Assembly: GCA_030681795.1 (NCBI GenBank) | Contig: JAUXRG010000064.1 | Location: forward strand, 80,483 to 144,482 | Source of the DNA: Rubrivivax sp. | GTDB lineage: Bacteria; Pseudomonadota; Gammaproteobacteria; Burkholderiales; Burkholderiaceae_C | Length of the DNA stretch: 64,000 nt | Direction: 5' to 3' | Part shown: positions 10,982 through 23,452 of the stretch, piece by piece | Numbering within the stretch: position 1 is the first letter of the stretch | How the letters are laid out: each line of letters begins with the position of its first letter | Notes under the pieces: generated by a model | Told to the model about the DNA's origin: nothing | What the model saw: the letters and a program-made list of their open reading frames with translations, nothing else | The model's database searches: none | Made by a program: the position numbers and the translations under genes

Positions 10982-11596
10982 ATGCATATCGTCTGCCTCG
11001 ATCTCGAAGGCGTTCTCGTCCCCGAGATCTGGATCGCCTTCTCGCAGCGCACCGGCATCCCCGAGTTCGCGCGCACCACGCGCGACGAGCCCGACTACGA
11101 CCGGCTGATGCGCTTTCGCCTGGGCCTGCTGCGCCAGCATGGGCTGAAGCTGGCCGACATCCAGGCCGTGATCAGCGGCATGGCGCCGATGGACGGCGCG
11201 CGCGAATTCCTCGATGGGCTGCGCGCGCGCTACCAGGTGGTGATCCTGTCGGACACCTTCTACGAATTTGCCGACCCCCTGATGCGCCAGCTCGGGCGCC
11301 CGACGCTGATGTGCCACCGGCTCGTCGTGGACGCCGAGGGCTTCGTCGCCGAGTACAGGCTGCGCCAGAGCGACCCCAAGCGACACGCGGTGAATGCGCT
11401 GAAGAGCCTGAACTTCCGCGTCATCGCGGCAGGCGACTCGTACAACGACACCGGCATGCTGGCCGCGGCCGATGTCGGCTTTTTCATTCACCCGCCGCCC
11501 GGCATCGCGGCGCAGTTCCCGCAGTTCCCGGTGAACCGCAGCTACGCCGAGCTCACGGCCGCCATAGACAGCGCCGCGGCGCGGCTGGGCGACTGA
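10982..11596 (+). CDS. thrH: Phosphoserine phosphatase / homoserine phosphotransferase ThrH
   Basis: 204 aa, collinear with Pseudomonas ThrH as I recall it (..CLDLEGVLVPEIWIAF.., ..VVILSDTFYEF..PLMRQLG.., ..AAGDSYNDTGML..). HAD-type DxD at the N-terminus. Confidence 0.85.
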   Translation: MHIVCLDLEGVLVPEIWIAFSQRTGIPEFARTTRDEPDYDRLMRFRLGLLRQHGLKLADIQAVISGMAPMDGAREFLDGLRARYQVVILSDTFYEFADPLMRQLGRPTLMCHRLVVDAEGFVAEYRLRQSDPKRHAVNALKSLNFRVIAAGDSYNDTGMLAAADVGFFIHPPPGIAAQFPQFPVNRSYAELTAAIDSAAARLGD

Positions 11597-11638
11597 CCCC
11601 CGGCCCGGGCCGGGCAGGCAGCCAGGCCGCCGAAGCGC

Positions 11639-13000
<1,362 letters not shown>

Positions 13001-13250
13001 TTGAAGGGGCTCCAGGGGAGCCGTGGTTCGCAGCCTGCTGACACCCGGGGCGGATGCACCAGTCGGGTAGGCGCGAGGGAAACAATGCGTCGGAATCGAC
13101 CGCGCCGCGATGACTGGATGCCACGGCGCTGGGCCGCATTGTATCGGGCGCGCCGGATTCGCGCGCTGCGCCGCACCGCGGGCGTTCCTCATGCGGCGAC
13201 GGTCGTCCGGGATAATCATCGGTTTTGCGTCAGCAACCGGACCCCCTTCC

Positions 13251-14915
<1,665 letters not shown>

Positions 14916-14957
14916 GGCGAGGCCACGGCGTGGCACGATAGGCGTGGAGAACCCGCC

Positions 14958-15923
14958 ATGCACCAGCCTGCCGTCGTCCTTGCGCTCGCCACAGCCCTGG
15001 CCTTGACCCTGGCCGGCTGCTCGGGGCCTTCGCCCGACGCGCCGCTGAGCGGCTACGCTGAAGCCGAGCTGGTCTACCTGGCGCCCAGCGCGGCCGGCGA
15101 GCTGCGCACGCTGGCGGTCAAGCGCGGTGACTCGGTGGCGAGCGGGCAGTTGCTGTACACGCTGGACAGCGATGCGGAGGCCCTCACCCGCGACGCCGCC
15201 CGCGCGCGCAGCGAGCAGGCGGCATCGCAGGAAGCCGACCTGCGCAAGGGCCGCCGGCCGCTGGAGCTGCAGCAGCTGGAGCAGCAGCTGGCCCAGGCCC
15301 GGGCCACGCTGAGCGCCTCGACGGCGACGCTGGAGCGCCACCGGCGGTTGGTCGAACAGGGTTTCATCGCCGCGCTGCAGCTCGACACGCTGGCGGCCAC
15401 GCGCGACCGCGACGCTGCGCGCGTGGCTGAGTTGCAGGCCCAGCGTGCCTTTGCCGCCGAGGCCGCGCGGCGCGATGCGATCGCTGCGGCTGCGGCCGGC
15501 TCGCGCGGCGCGCAGGCCGACCTGGCACTGGCGCAGTGGCGCGAAGGCCAGAAGCAGCGCACCGCGCCGACCGCGGCGAGGGTCTATGAGGTGATGTACC
15601 GCGTCGGCGAATGGGTGCCGGCGGGCTCACCCGTGCTCGCCCTGCTGCCGCCGGGCGCGGTGAAGCTGCGCTTTTTCGTGCCTGAACCCGCCTTGCCGCG
15701 TGTCGCCGTGGGCGGCACGGTCGCCGTAGCCTGCGATGGCTGCCCTTCGGGCCTGACGGCACGCATCCGCTTCATCTCGCCGCAGGCCGAGTTCACGCCG
15801 CCGGTGATCTACAGCGTGGGCAGCCGCAGCAAGCTCGTCTTCATGGTCGAGGCCGAACCCATCGATCCCGGCGCGCTCAAGCCGGGGCAGCCGGTGGACG
15901 TGAGGCTGGCCAAGACCCCGTGA
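14958..15923 (+). CDS. HlyD-family membrane-fusion (periplasmic adaptor) lipoprotein
   Basis: 321 aa with lipobox LTLAGC, a long Ala/Gln/Arg-rich coiled coil and a C-terminal beta-barrel region. It overlaps the next gene. Confidence 0.85.
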   Translation: MHQPAVVLALATALALTLAGCSGPSPDAPLSGYAEAELVYLAPSAAGELRTLAVKRGDSVASGQLLYTLDSDAEALTRDAARARSEQAASQEADLRKGRRPLELQQLEQQLAQARATLSASTATLERHRRLVEQGFIAALQLDTLAATRDRDAARVAELQAQRAFAAEAARRDAIAAAAAGSRGAQADLALAQWREGQKQRTAPTAARVYEVMYRVGEWVPAGSPVLALLPPGAVKLRFFVPEPALPRVAVGGTVAVACDGCPSGLTARIRFISPQAEFTPPVIYSVGSRSKLVFMVEAEPIDPGALKPGQPVDVRLAKTP

Positions 15924-16846
15924 TGGCCGACGAGTTCGCCATCGACGTGCGCGGGCTGACCAAGCGCTTCGATGGGCGCACCGTGGTCGACGGCCTCACC
16001 ATCCGCGTGCGCCGGGGCGAGATCTGCGGCTTCCTCGGCCCCAACGGCAGCGGCAAGACGACGACCATCCGCATGCTCTGCGGCCTGCTCGATGCCGATG
16101 CGGGCGAAGGCACCTGCCTGGGCCACGATATCCGCCGCGAGGCGCGTCGCATCAAGCTGCGCGTGGGCTACATGACGCAGCGCTTCGGCCTGTACGAAGA
16201 CCTGTCGATCGAAGAGAACCTGAGCTTCGTCGCCCGCGCCTACGGCATGCCCGACCGGCGCAAGGTCGTGCACGACGCGCTCGAACGGCTGGGGCTGGAA
16301 GGCCGGCGCGCGCAACTGGCGGGCGCCTTGTCGGGCGGCTGGAAGCAGCGCCTGGCGCTGGCCGCCTGCATGCTGCACCGGCCCGAGCTGCTGCTGCTGG
16401 ACGAGCCCACTGCGGGCGTCGACCCCGCCGCGCGTCGCGACTTCTGGCAGCACATCCACGCCCTGGCGGCGCAGGGCCTGACAGTGCTGGTGTCCACGCA
16501 CTACATGGACGAGGCCGAACGCTGCCACCGCCTGGCGTATATCTCCTACGGCAAGCTGCTCGCCGCCGGCACGGCCGAGGACGTGATCGCCCAGGCCGCC
16601 CTGCAGACCTGGGAGCTGCGCGGCGGGCAGCTCAGCGAAGCCGCCGCGCTGCTCAAGCGAGACGCGCGCTGGATGGTCGTGCCCTTCGGCAGCGCCGTGC
16701 ACGTGAGCGCGGCGCAGGGTCATGACCTGCCGGGCTGGCTGGCCGAGCGCGCGCCCGGCCACGCCTGGCGCGTCACGCCCATCGCCACCGGCCTGGAAGA
16801 CGTCTTCATTGCACTGACGCAGCATGCTTCGGACCATCTCGCGTAG
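15923..16846 (+). CDS. ABC transporter ATP-binding protein (ABC-2 exporter type)
   Basis: Walker [10 protein letters not shown], signature LSGGWKQR, Walker B LLLLDEP. ATG 15923 overlaps the HlyD stop (TGATG). GTG 15920 is the track start and an alternative. Confidence 0.9.
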   Translation: MADEFAIDVRGLTKRFDGRTVVDGLTIRVRRGEICGFLGPNGSGKTTTIRMLCGLLDADAGEGTCLGHDIRREARRIKLRVGYMTQRFGLYEDLSIEENLSFVARAYGMPDRRKVVHDALERLGLEGRRAQLAGALSGGWKQRLALAACMLHRPELLLLDEPTAGVDPAARRDFWQHIHALAAQGLTVLVSTHYMDEAERCHRLAYISYGKLLAAGTAEDVIAQAALQTWELRGGQLSEAAALLKRDARWMVVPFGSAVHVSAAQGHDLPGWLAERAPGHAWRVTPIATGLEDVFIALTQHASDHLA

Positions 16847-17963
16847 CTGGGGCCGCATCTTCGCGGTGCTGCTGAAGGAGTTCGTGCAGCTCAGGCGCGA
16901 GCGGCTGACCTTCGCCATGCTGCTGGGCGTGCCGATCATGCAGCTGGTGCTCTTCGGCTACGCCATCAACGGCGACCCGCGCCAGCTGCCCACGGTGGTG
17001 GTCGCGCTGGACGACGGCCCGCTGGTGCGCAGCATCGTCCGCGCGGCGCAGAACACCGACTATTTCCACGTCGTCGGCAGCGTCTCGGACAGCGAGGCCG
17101 AGCAGTTGCTGGCCAGCGGCAAGGTGCAATTCGCGCTGCTCTTCCCGGCCGACTTTTCGCGCCGGCTGCTGCGCGGCGAGAGGCCGCCGCTGGTGGTTTA
17201 CGCCGACGCCAGCGACCCCGCGGCCACCGGGCCGGCGGTGGCCGCGCTGCTGGCCCTGCCCGGCCTGGCGCTGGGGCACGACCTGCACGGCGCCGTGGCG
17301 CACTTGCGAGCGGGCACGACGCCGTTCGAGGTGCGGCTGCACCGGCGCTACAACCCCGAGGGCTTCACGGCCTACAACGTGGTGCCCGGCCTGATGGGCG
17401 TGATCCTGACCATGACGCTGGTGATGATGACCTCGATGGCCATGACCCGCGAGCGCGAGCGCGGCACGCTGGAAAACCTGCTCGCCACCCCGGTGCGCCC
17501 GCTGGAGATGATGGCCGGCAAGATCCTGCCCTACGTGCTCATCGGCTACGGGCAGGTGCTGCTGATCTACCTGGCCTCACGCCTGCTCTTCGACGTGCCC
17601 ATGGTCGGCAGTTTTGCCCTGCTCACGGCCATGGTGCTGCTCTTCATCACGGCCACGCTGGCCGTGGGCTTCACCTTCTCCACCATCGCCCGCTCGCAGG
17701 CGCAAAGCATGCAGATGACGGTGTTCTACTTCCTGCCCAACGTGCTGCTCTCGGGCTTCATGTTCCCCTTCCGCGGCATGCCGCGCTGGGCGCAGATCAT
17801 CGGCGAGGTGCTGCCGCTGACGCACTTCCTGCGCATCGTGCGCGCCATCATGCTCAAGGGCTCGGCGTTCAGCTCGCTGTGGCCCGAGGCGGCCGCCATA
17901 GGCGCCTTCATCGCGGTGATGGGCGTGATCGCCATGTTGCGCTACCGCCAGACCATCGATTGA
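16824..17963 (+). CDS. ABC-2 type transporter permease
   Basis: 379 aa with an N-terminal TM segment, a large extracytoplasmic loop, then about 5 C-terminal TM helices. It overlaps the ATPase gene by 23 nt. Confidence 0.88.
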   Translation: MLRTISRSWGRIFAVLLKEFVQLRRERLTFAMLLGVPIMQLVLFGYAINGDPRQLPTVVVALDDGPLVRSIVRAAQNTDYFHVVGSVSDSEAEQLLASGKVQFALLFPADFSRRLLRGERPPLVVYADASDPAATGPAVAALLALPGLALGHDLHGAVAHLRAGTTPFEVRLHRRYNPEGFTAYNVVPGLMGVILTMTLVMMTSMAMTRERERGTLENLLATPVRPLEMMAGKILPYVLIGYGQVLLIYLASRLLFDVPMVGSFALLTAMVLLFITATLAVGFTFSTIARSQAQSMQMTVFYFLPNVLLSGFMFPFRGMPRWAQIIGEVLPLTHFLRIVRAIMLKGSAFSSLWPEAAAIGAFIAVMGVIAMLRYRQTID

Positions 17964-18021
17964 GCCGCCCCGACGCGAGCCGCCCACCCACCGTCGAAAC
18001 CCCACCGAGGAGACACCCCCC

Positions 18022-18999
18022 ATGCATGCCTGGCTCTGCGAGACCCTGGAAGGCTTTGAATCCCTGCGCTGGACGGAGCTGCCCACGCCCGAACCGCGGC
18101 CGGGTGAAGTGCGCATCGCCGTGCAGGCCGCGAGCCTGAATTTCCCCGACTTGCTCGTCGTCGAGGGCAAATACCAGGTCAAGCCGCCTCTGCCCTTCGT
18201 GCCCGGCGCTGAATTTGCCGGCGTCGTCGATGCCCTGGGCGAAGGCGTCGCGCACCTGAAGTTGGGCGACCCGGTGGCCGCCATCGGCGTCACGGGCGGC
18301 TTCGCCACCCATGCCTGCGTGAGCGCCGCGCAGGTGCTGCCCTTGCCGGCGGGCTTCGCCATCACCGATGCGGCGGCTTTCACCTTCACCTACGGCACAT
18401 CGCACCACGCGCTGATCGACCGCGGGCAGCTCCAGCCCGGCGAGACGGTGCTGGTGCTGGGCGCCGCCGGCGGCGTGGGCACCGCGGCGCTGCAGATCGC
18501 CAAGGCCGCCGGAGCGCGGGTCATCGCGGCGGCCTCGACCGACGAGAAGTGCGCCCGCTGCCGCGAGCTGGGCGCCGACGCGACGCTCAACTACCGTCGC
18601 GAAAACCTTCGCGAATCGCTCAAGGCGTTGACCGGGGGCAAGGGCCCGGACGTGGTCTACGACCCGGTGGGCGGCGAGCTGGCCGAACCCGTGCTGCGCT
18701 CCATCGCCTGGCGCGGGCGCTATCTGGTGGTGGGCTTTGCCGGCGGCGGCATCCCGGCGCTGCCCTGGAACCTGGCGCTGCTCAAGGGCGCCTCCATCGT
18801 CGGCGTGTTCTGGGGCGAGTTCGTCAAACGCGAACCGCAGGCCCATGCGGCGGCCCTGGCGCAACTCGCCCAGTGGTATGCGCAAGGGACCATCAAGCCG
18901 GTGATCGACCGCCAGCTGCCCATGGGCGAGCTCAAGGCGGCCTATGCCCGCATGGGATCGCGGCAAGTCGTCGGCAAGGTGCTTCTCGTCAACGCTTGA
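18022..18999 (+). CDS. NADPH:quinone oxidoreductase / zeta-crystallin-type medium-chain reductase
   Basis: 325 aa with ..PGAEFAGVV.. and ..VLVLGAAGGVGTAALQIAK... GAGGAG RBS upstream. Confidence 0.85.
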   Translation: MHAWLCETLEGFESLRWTELPTPEPRPGEVRIAVQAASLNFPDLLVVEGKYQVKPPLPFVPGAEFAGVVDALGEGVAHLKLGDPVAAIGVTGGFATHACVSAAQVLPLPAGFAITDAAAFTFTYGTSHHALIDRGQLQPGETVLVLGAAGGVGTAALQIAKAAGARVIAAASTDEKCARCRELGADATLNYRRENLRESLKALTGGKGPDVVYDPVGGELAEPVLRSIAWRGRYLVVGFAGGGIPALPWNLALLKGASIVGVFWGEFVKREPQAHAAALAQLAQWYAQGTIKPVIDRQLPMGELKAAYARMGSRQVVGKVLLVNA

Positions 19000-19073
19000 T
19001 GGCCTGACGACCTGTTGCAGCGCGGCGTTCATTCCGCGCTAGCATCGCGGCCACTGCAAGGAGGCCTCTCCCG

Positions 19074-19826
19074 ATGGCTGTCAAGGTGCTGATCCTCGAA
19101 GACAACCCGGTCGCGCGCAGCTTTTTGTGCCGCGTCGTGCGCGAGAGCTTCAGCGACGCCATCGTGATCACCGAGGCCGGCGACCTGGAGACGGCGCGCC
19201 GCCACATCTCGCTGACCGGGGGCTCGCAGGGGCTGCACGGTGTCGATCCGTTCAAGCTGGTCCTGGTCGACCTCGAACTGCCGGACGGCAACGGCATGGA
19301 GCTGCTGGCCGAGCTGAGCCATTACCCGGCCACCAAGATCGTCACCACGCTGTATTCGGACGACGACCACCTGTTCCCGGCGCTGCAATGCGGCGCCGAC
19401 GGCTACCTGCTCAAGGAAGACCGCTTCGAAGTGCTGGTCGAGGAGCTGCAGAAGATCGTTCGAGGCCAGCCCCCGCTTTCGCCGGCCATCGCCAGACGCC
19501 TGCTCACCCACTTCAGGAATGGCAGCCACCGGGGCGACTCGCGGGTGCCCGACTCGGGGTTCATGCCCGCCACGAGTTTCACCACCCAGTTCAGCACCAG
19601 CAGGCCGGTGCCCATCGACAAGCCGCTGGACCACGAGCGCCTCACCCCGCGCGAGACCGAGGTGCTCACCTACCTGAGCAAGGGCTTCACGATCAAGGAG
19701 ATCGCCAGCCTGATGGGCATCAAGTGGTTCACCGTCAACGACCACATCAAGTCCATCTACAAGAAGCTCAACGTCTCCAGCCGCGCCGAGGCGGCCGTGC
19801 TGGCCAGCAAGCAAGGGCTCGTCTGA
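19074..19826 (+). CDS. NarL/LuxR-family response regulator with an expanded interdomain linker
   Basis: Receiver domain (..LVLVDLELPDGNG..) and GerE/LuxR HTH (..LTPRETEVLTYLSKGFTIKEIASLMGIKWFTVNDHIKSIYKKLNV..). AAGGAGG RBS. Confidence 0.9.
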   Translation: MAVKVLILEDNPVARSFLCRVVRESFSDAIVITEAGDLETARRHISLTGGSQGLHGVDPFKLVLVDLELPDGNGMELLAELSHYPATKIVTTLYSDDDHLFPALQCGADGYLLKEDRFEVLVEELQKIVRGQPPLSPAIARRLLTHFRNGSHRGDSRVPDSGFMPATSFTTQFSTSRPVPIDKPLDHERLTPRETEVLTYLSKGFTIKEIASLMGIKWFTVNDHIKSIYKKLNVSSRAEAAVLASKQGLV

Positions 19827-19854
19827 GCGGCTGCTGAGACCCGCCGACGCGGCA

Positions 19855-22125
19855 ATGACCGCCTCCAGCAAGCCACGCACCACCCCGCGAGCCGCCCCCC
19901 TGGAGGCCGGCAGCGGCGACTCGGCCTTCGAGGCCAGTGCATTCGAGCGCAGCCTGGGCGGCGAGGGTCCTACACCCCGGATCGGCTCGCGGCGCCCCGC
20001 GCTGGTGCTGGCGGCTCTGGTGGGTTGCATCGCCGTGTTCTCCTTCGTGCGCTGGCTTGCCACGACACCGCAGCTCGACGCCACCTGGGCCGCCGGCCCG
20101 CTCGGAGAGCTGATACTGGTGGCCAGCCCGGACGCCACGCTCGACGCCCACCGCGGCCAGGGGCTGGTGGCCCTCGGCACCCCAGCCCAGGAGGCCCGGC
20201 CAGTCGATGCCGCGCTGCTGCACCGATCTCCGCGCTGGCAGGTCGACGATGCGGCGCGGCGGCACCTGGTCGCGCAGCACGAGGCCCTGGCCGCGCAGCT
20301 GGCGCAAGGGCGGGTCGGATTGCAGTTCGACGACGGCACTGCGATCACGGTGCCCACCCCTGCGCGCGGTTTCGCCGGCCTGGGAGCGACCTTCTGGCCA
20401 CTGGCGGGGCTGGCGTTGCTGCTCTACCTCTTCGGCGTCGTCGTCGTCATGGCCCGCCCGCGCCTGAGCAACGCGCTGTTCGCTGTCATGGCGCTGTGCC
20501 AGGCAGGCAACCTGTTGTTCATCGCCCTGGAGAACCTCCGTGGCCTGGGGTTGCCGCCAGGGATGCCGGCCGTGGACCTGCCGATCCGTGTGGCGCTCGA
20601 CCTGTGCACGGGCGCGGCCGCCGTCCACGCTTTCGCGCTCCACCCCTTGCGCTTGCCGCGCGCCACCACGATGGCCGCCGCGGCCTGGGCTGGCGCCGCG
20701 CTGTGGCTGGTCGGCGTGCTGCTGGTCCAGCCGGCCCACCTGTGGTGGTGGGCCCAGGGCGCCTGCATCGCTTTGGCGGCGGCGGCGCTGGCCGTCATCG
20801 CCCGCTCCCAGCAGCGCCAGCCCAACCCCTACGCGCTGGTGATGCGCCGCTTTGCCGGCATCGCCCTGGCCACGCTGGTGTTGACCACGCTGGCCGTGGC
20901 CGTGATCGCGCGCATACCCGCGGCCACCCCCGGCGTGGCCACGGGCGCATCGGCGGCGTGGCACCTCTTCCTGGCCTCGCTGCTGTTGCTGGTGCCCTTC
21001 CTCGCGCGCAGCCGCCAGTTGCTGCGCGAGTTTGCGCTGCTGGCGGGCATCAGCACCGTGGCGACCTCGCTGGACCTGATGTTCGTGGCCCTGTTCTCCC
21101 TCGGGCCCTTCACCTCGCTGGCCGTGGCCGTGTTCGTCGCCCTGGGCCTGTATGCCGCAGGCCGGCAGTGGATCCTGAATCACCTCATCGGCAGCACCGT
21201 GCTTTCGACGGAGCGCACCTTCGACCAGCTCTACCGCGCCGCTCGCGAGGTGCAGGCGCGCCCTGAACGCTATCCGCAGATGCTGGGCCAGCTGCTGCGC
21301 GAACTTTTCGACCCGCTGGAGATGCGCTCGCTGGACCGCTTGCCGACGCGCTCGCTCGTCGTGGGCTCGGGATCGGCGCTGGTCGTGCCGCTGCGCCCCA
21401 TGGATGCCGCCGGCACCCCGGCCTGCGCGCTGGCCCTGCGCTTCGCACAGCACGGGCGGCGCCTGTTCACGCTCGACGACGCGCGCCTGGCGGACCGCAT
21501 CGTGGAGCAACTGCGGCGTGCCGTGGCTTACGACCAGGCGGTGGAACAGGGCCGGGTGGAGGAGCGGCTGCGCATCGCGCAGGACTTGCACGACGACATC
21601 GGCGCAAGGCTGCTGACACTGATGTACCAGGCCCAGTCACCCGAGATGGAAGACTACATCCGCCACACCCTGCAGGACCTGAAGACGCTGACGCGCGGGC
21701 TGGCCGCGGCCGAGCACCGCCTGTCGTACGCCGCGGCAGAATGGAAGGCCGACCTCACGCAGCGACTGACGGTCGCTCAGGTGGAGTTGGGCTGGTCCTT
21801 CAGCCACGACCGCGACCTTCGTCTGTCGGTCGTCCAATGGTCGGCGCTGACCCGGGTGCTCAGGGAACTCGTCACCAACGCGCTGTATCACGGTGCCGCC
21901 ACGCGCATCGATGTGAGCCTGGTTTTCGAAGGCCCGCGCCTGACACTGGAGATCACCGACGACGGCCGCGGCCGCGCCCCGCAGGCCTGGGCACACGGCC
22001 TGGGCATGGGTGGCGTGCGCAAGCGCGTCAAGCTCATGGGTGGCGAAGTCCAATGGCGCGAGAACTCGCCTCGCGGCATCGTCTGCACGGTGCGGGTCGA
22101 CACAACCCCGACAGTCGCACCATGA
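19855..22125 (+). CDS. Multi-pass membrane sensor histidine kinase (HisKA_3 / NarX-DesK type)
   Basis: 756 aa with roughly 8-9 hydrophobic segments in the first ~430 aa. HisKA_3 box (..IAQDLHDDIGARLL..) and HATPase_c (..LVTNALYHG.., ..DDGRG.., ..GLGMGG..). Confidence 0.88.
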   Translation: MTASSKPRTTPRAAPLEAGSGDSAFEASAFERSLGGEGPTPRIGSRRPALVLAALVGCIAVFSFVRWLATTPQLDATWAAGPLGELILVASPDATLDAHRGQGLVALGTPAQEARPVDAALLHRSPRWQVDDAARRHLVAQHEALAAQLAQGRVGLQFDDGTAITVPTPARGFAGLGATFWPLAGLALLLYLFGVVVVMARPRLSNALFAVMALCQAGNLLFIALENLRGLGLPPGMPAVDLPIRVALDLCTGAAAVHAFALHPLRLPRATTMAAAAWAGAALWLVGVLLVQPAHLWWWAQGACIALAAAALAVIARSQQRQPNPYALVMRRFAGIALATLVLTTLAVAVIARIPAATPGVATGASAAWHLFLASLLLLVPFLARSRQLLREFALLAGISTVATSLDLMFVALFSLGPFTSLAVAVFVALGLYAAGRQWILNHLIGSTVLSTERTFDQLYRAAREVQARPERYPQMLGQLLRELFDPLEMRSLDRLPTRSLVVGSGSALVVPLRPMDAAGTPACALALRFAQHGRRLFTLDDARLADRIVEQLRRAVAYDQAVEQGRVEERLRIAQDLHDDIGARLLTLMYQAQSPEMEDYIRHTLQDLKTLTRGLAAAEHRLSYAAAEWKADLTQRLTVAQVELGWSFSHDRDLRLSVVQWSALTRVLRELVTNALYHGAATRIDVSLVFEGPRLTLEITDDGRGRAPQAWAHGLGMGGVRKRVKLMGGEVQWRENSPRGIVCTVRVDTTPTVAP

Positions 22126-22377
22126 AGCGCGCCGGTGGCGGGTTCGATGCGAATGGGTGCCATGCAAGCGGCATGAGGGCAGCACGATGAGCCGATTCGA
22201 TCCAATTGCCGTGCGTTCGGGGTCGCACTGGGGCGCTCCTGAGGCTCAAAATCACGGCTTCGGTCGACGCAACCGCCCGAATCGGCGCTCCGCGGCGTGA
22301 CTCGGTCAGTTTCTTCGGCTCGGCAGCCTACTGCCGCCGACGCCCCTGGCCCATCTCCTGAACGACGACACCCCCCG

Positions 22378-23124
22378 ATGACACAGCATCTGACCCTCCT
22401 CACCGGCGCCTCGCGCGGCCTGGGCCGCGCGGTGGCCGAACAACTTCTTGTGCGGGGCCACCGCGTGCTGGCCCTCTCGCGTAGCGAAGTCGATTTGCCC
22501 GTGCCCGCCGGCGCTTCGCTGGAGGCCTGGTCCGTGGACCTGGCCGAGCCCGCCGCCGTCGCCGCGCGGCTGGCCGCCTGGCTGGCCGCACAGGACAGCG
22601 GCGGGCTCGCCTCGGCCACGCTGATCAACAACGCCGGCGTCGTGTCGCGGCTGGCACCGCTGTCGGAGCTGGCCTCGGACGACCTCGCCAACGCCATTCG
22701 CGTGGGCCTGGAGGCGCCGCTGCTGCTGACCGCCGCCTTCCTGCGCGCCACGCAGTCGTGGAACGTGCCGCGCAAGGTGCTTCTCGTGTCTTCCGGCCTG
22801 GGCCGGCGTGCCATGGCCGGCAGCGTGTCGTACTGCGCGGCCAAGGCCGGGCTGGACCACCTGGCACGCGCCCTGGCGCTGGAGGAAGCCTCGAAGGTGA
22901 ACGGCGCGCGCGTGGTGTCGCTGGCCCCGGGCGTCATCGATACCGACATGCAGGTGCAGCTGCGTGGCGCCGACCCGCGGTGGTTCCCCGAACGCCAACG
23001 CTTCGAGGCGCTCAAGACCGGCGGGGGTCTCGACAGCCCGGCCGCCGCTGCCGCCAAGCTGCTGGCTTACCTGGACCGGCCGGACTTCGGGGACCCGCCG
23101 GTGGGCGACGTGCGCGACCGCTGA
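22378..23124 (+). CDS. Short-chain dehydrogenase/reductase (SDR)
   Basis: ATG at 22378 within track ORF 22297..23124. TGASRGLG cofactor motif and YCAAKAG catalytic YxxxK. 248 aa. Confidence 0.88.
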   Translation: MTQHLTLLTGASRGLGRAVAEQLLVRGHRVLALSRSEVDLPVPAGASLEAWSVDLAEPAAVAARLAAWLAAQDSGGLASATLINNAGVVSRLAPLSELASDDLANAIRVGLEAPLLLTAAFLRATQSWNVPRKVLLVSSGLGRRAMAGSVSYCAAKAGLDHLARALALEEASKVNGARVVSLAPGVIDTDMQVQLRGADPRWFPERQRFEALKTGGGLDSPAAAAAKLLAYLDRPDFGDPPVGDVRDR

Positions 23125-23152
23125 GAAGGCGGCGCGCGGCGCGAGCCTGTCG

Positions 23153-23320
23153 CTACTGGTGAGTCGATCCCAGCTTCGCCGCCCGTGCAGCCGCTTCGTC
23201 GGCGCGCATGTTCCTGAGGAAGAAGCGCACGAAGAACACGCCCATGCCGAGCATGAATACGATCCCGGCCAGGCTCATGAGGCCGTAGTCGGTAGTGACA
23301 AAGTCGATCAACGCGTGCAT
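23153..23320 (-). CDS. Small single-pass membrane protein, DUF3149-like
   Basis: ATG at 23320 preceded by GGAGGA. 55 aa (MHALIDFVTTDYGLMSLAGIVFMLGMGVFFVRFF..). It resembles the DUF3149 proteins common in Burkholderiales. Confidence 0.65.
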   Translation of the reverse strand: MHALIDFVTTDYGLMSLAGIVFMLGMGVFFVRFFLRNMRADEAAARAAKLGSTHQ

Positions 23321-23452
23321 TTGATCCTCCGGGTCAGTGGCCAGCCGGGCTGGATCAGACATTATGTTCGCCGCCCCTGCCTTGCGGTGCGTCAAGCCCG
23401 CGCCGCCGCGCACCCCGGGGTGGCGCCGAGGCGCCGCGGCGCCGCGGCGCCA

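Noticed and set aside
23359-23400. TTGACG ... CATAAT (minus strand) as a sigma-70 promoter for the DUF3149 mini-gene
   Set aside because: The hexamers are 23 nt apart, which is well outside the 16-18 nt window.
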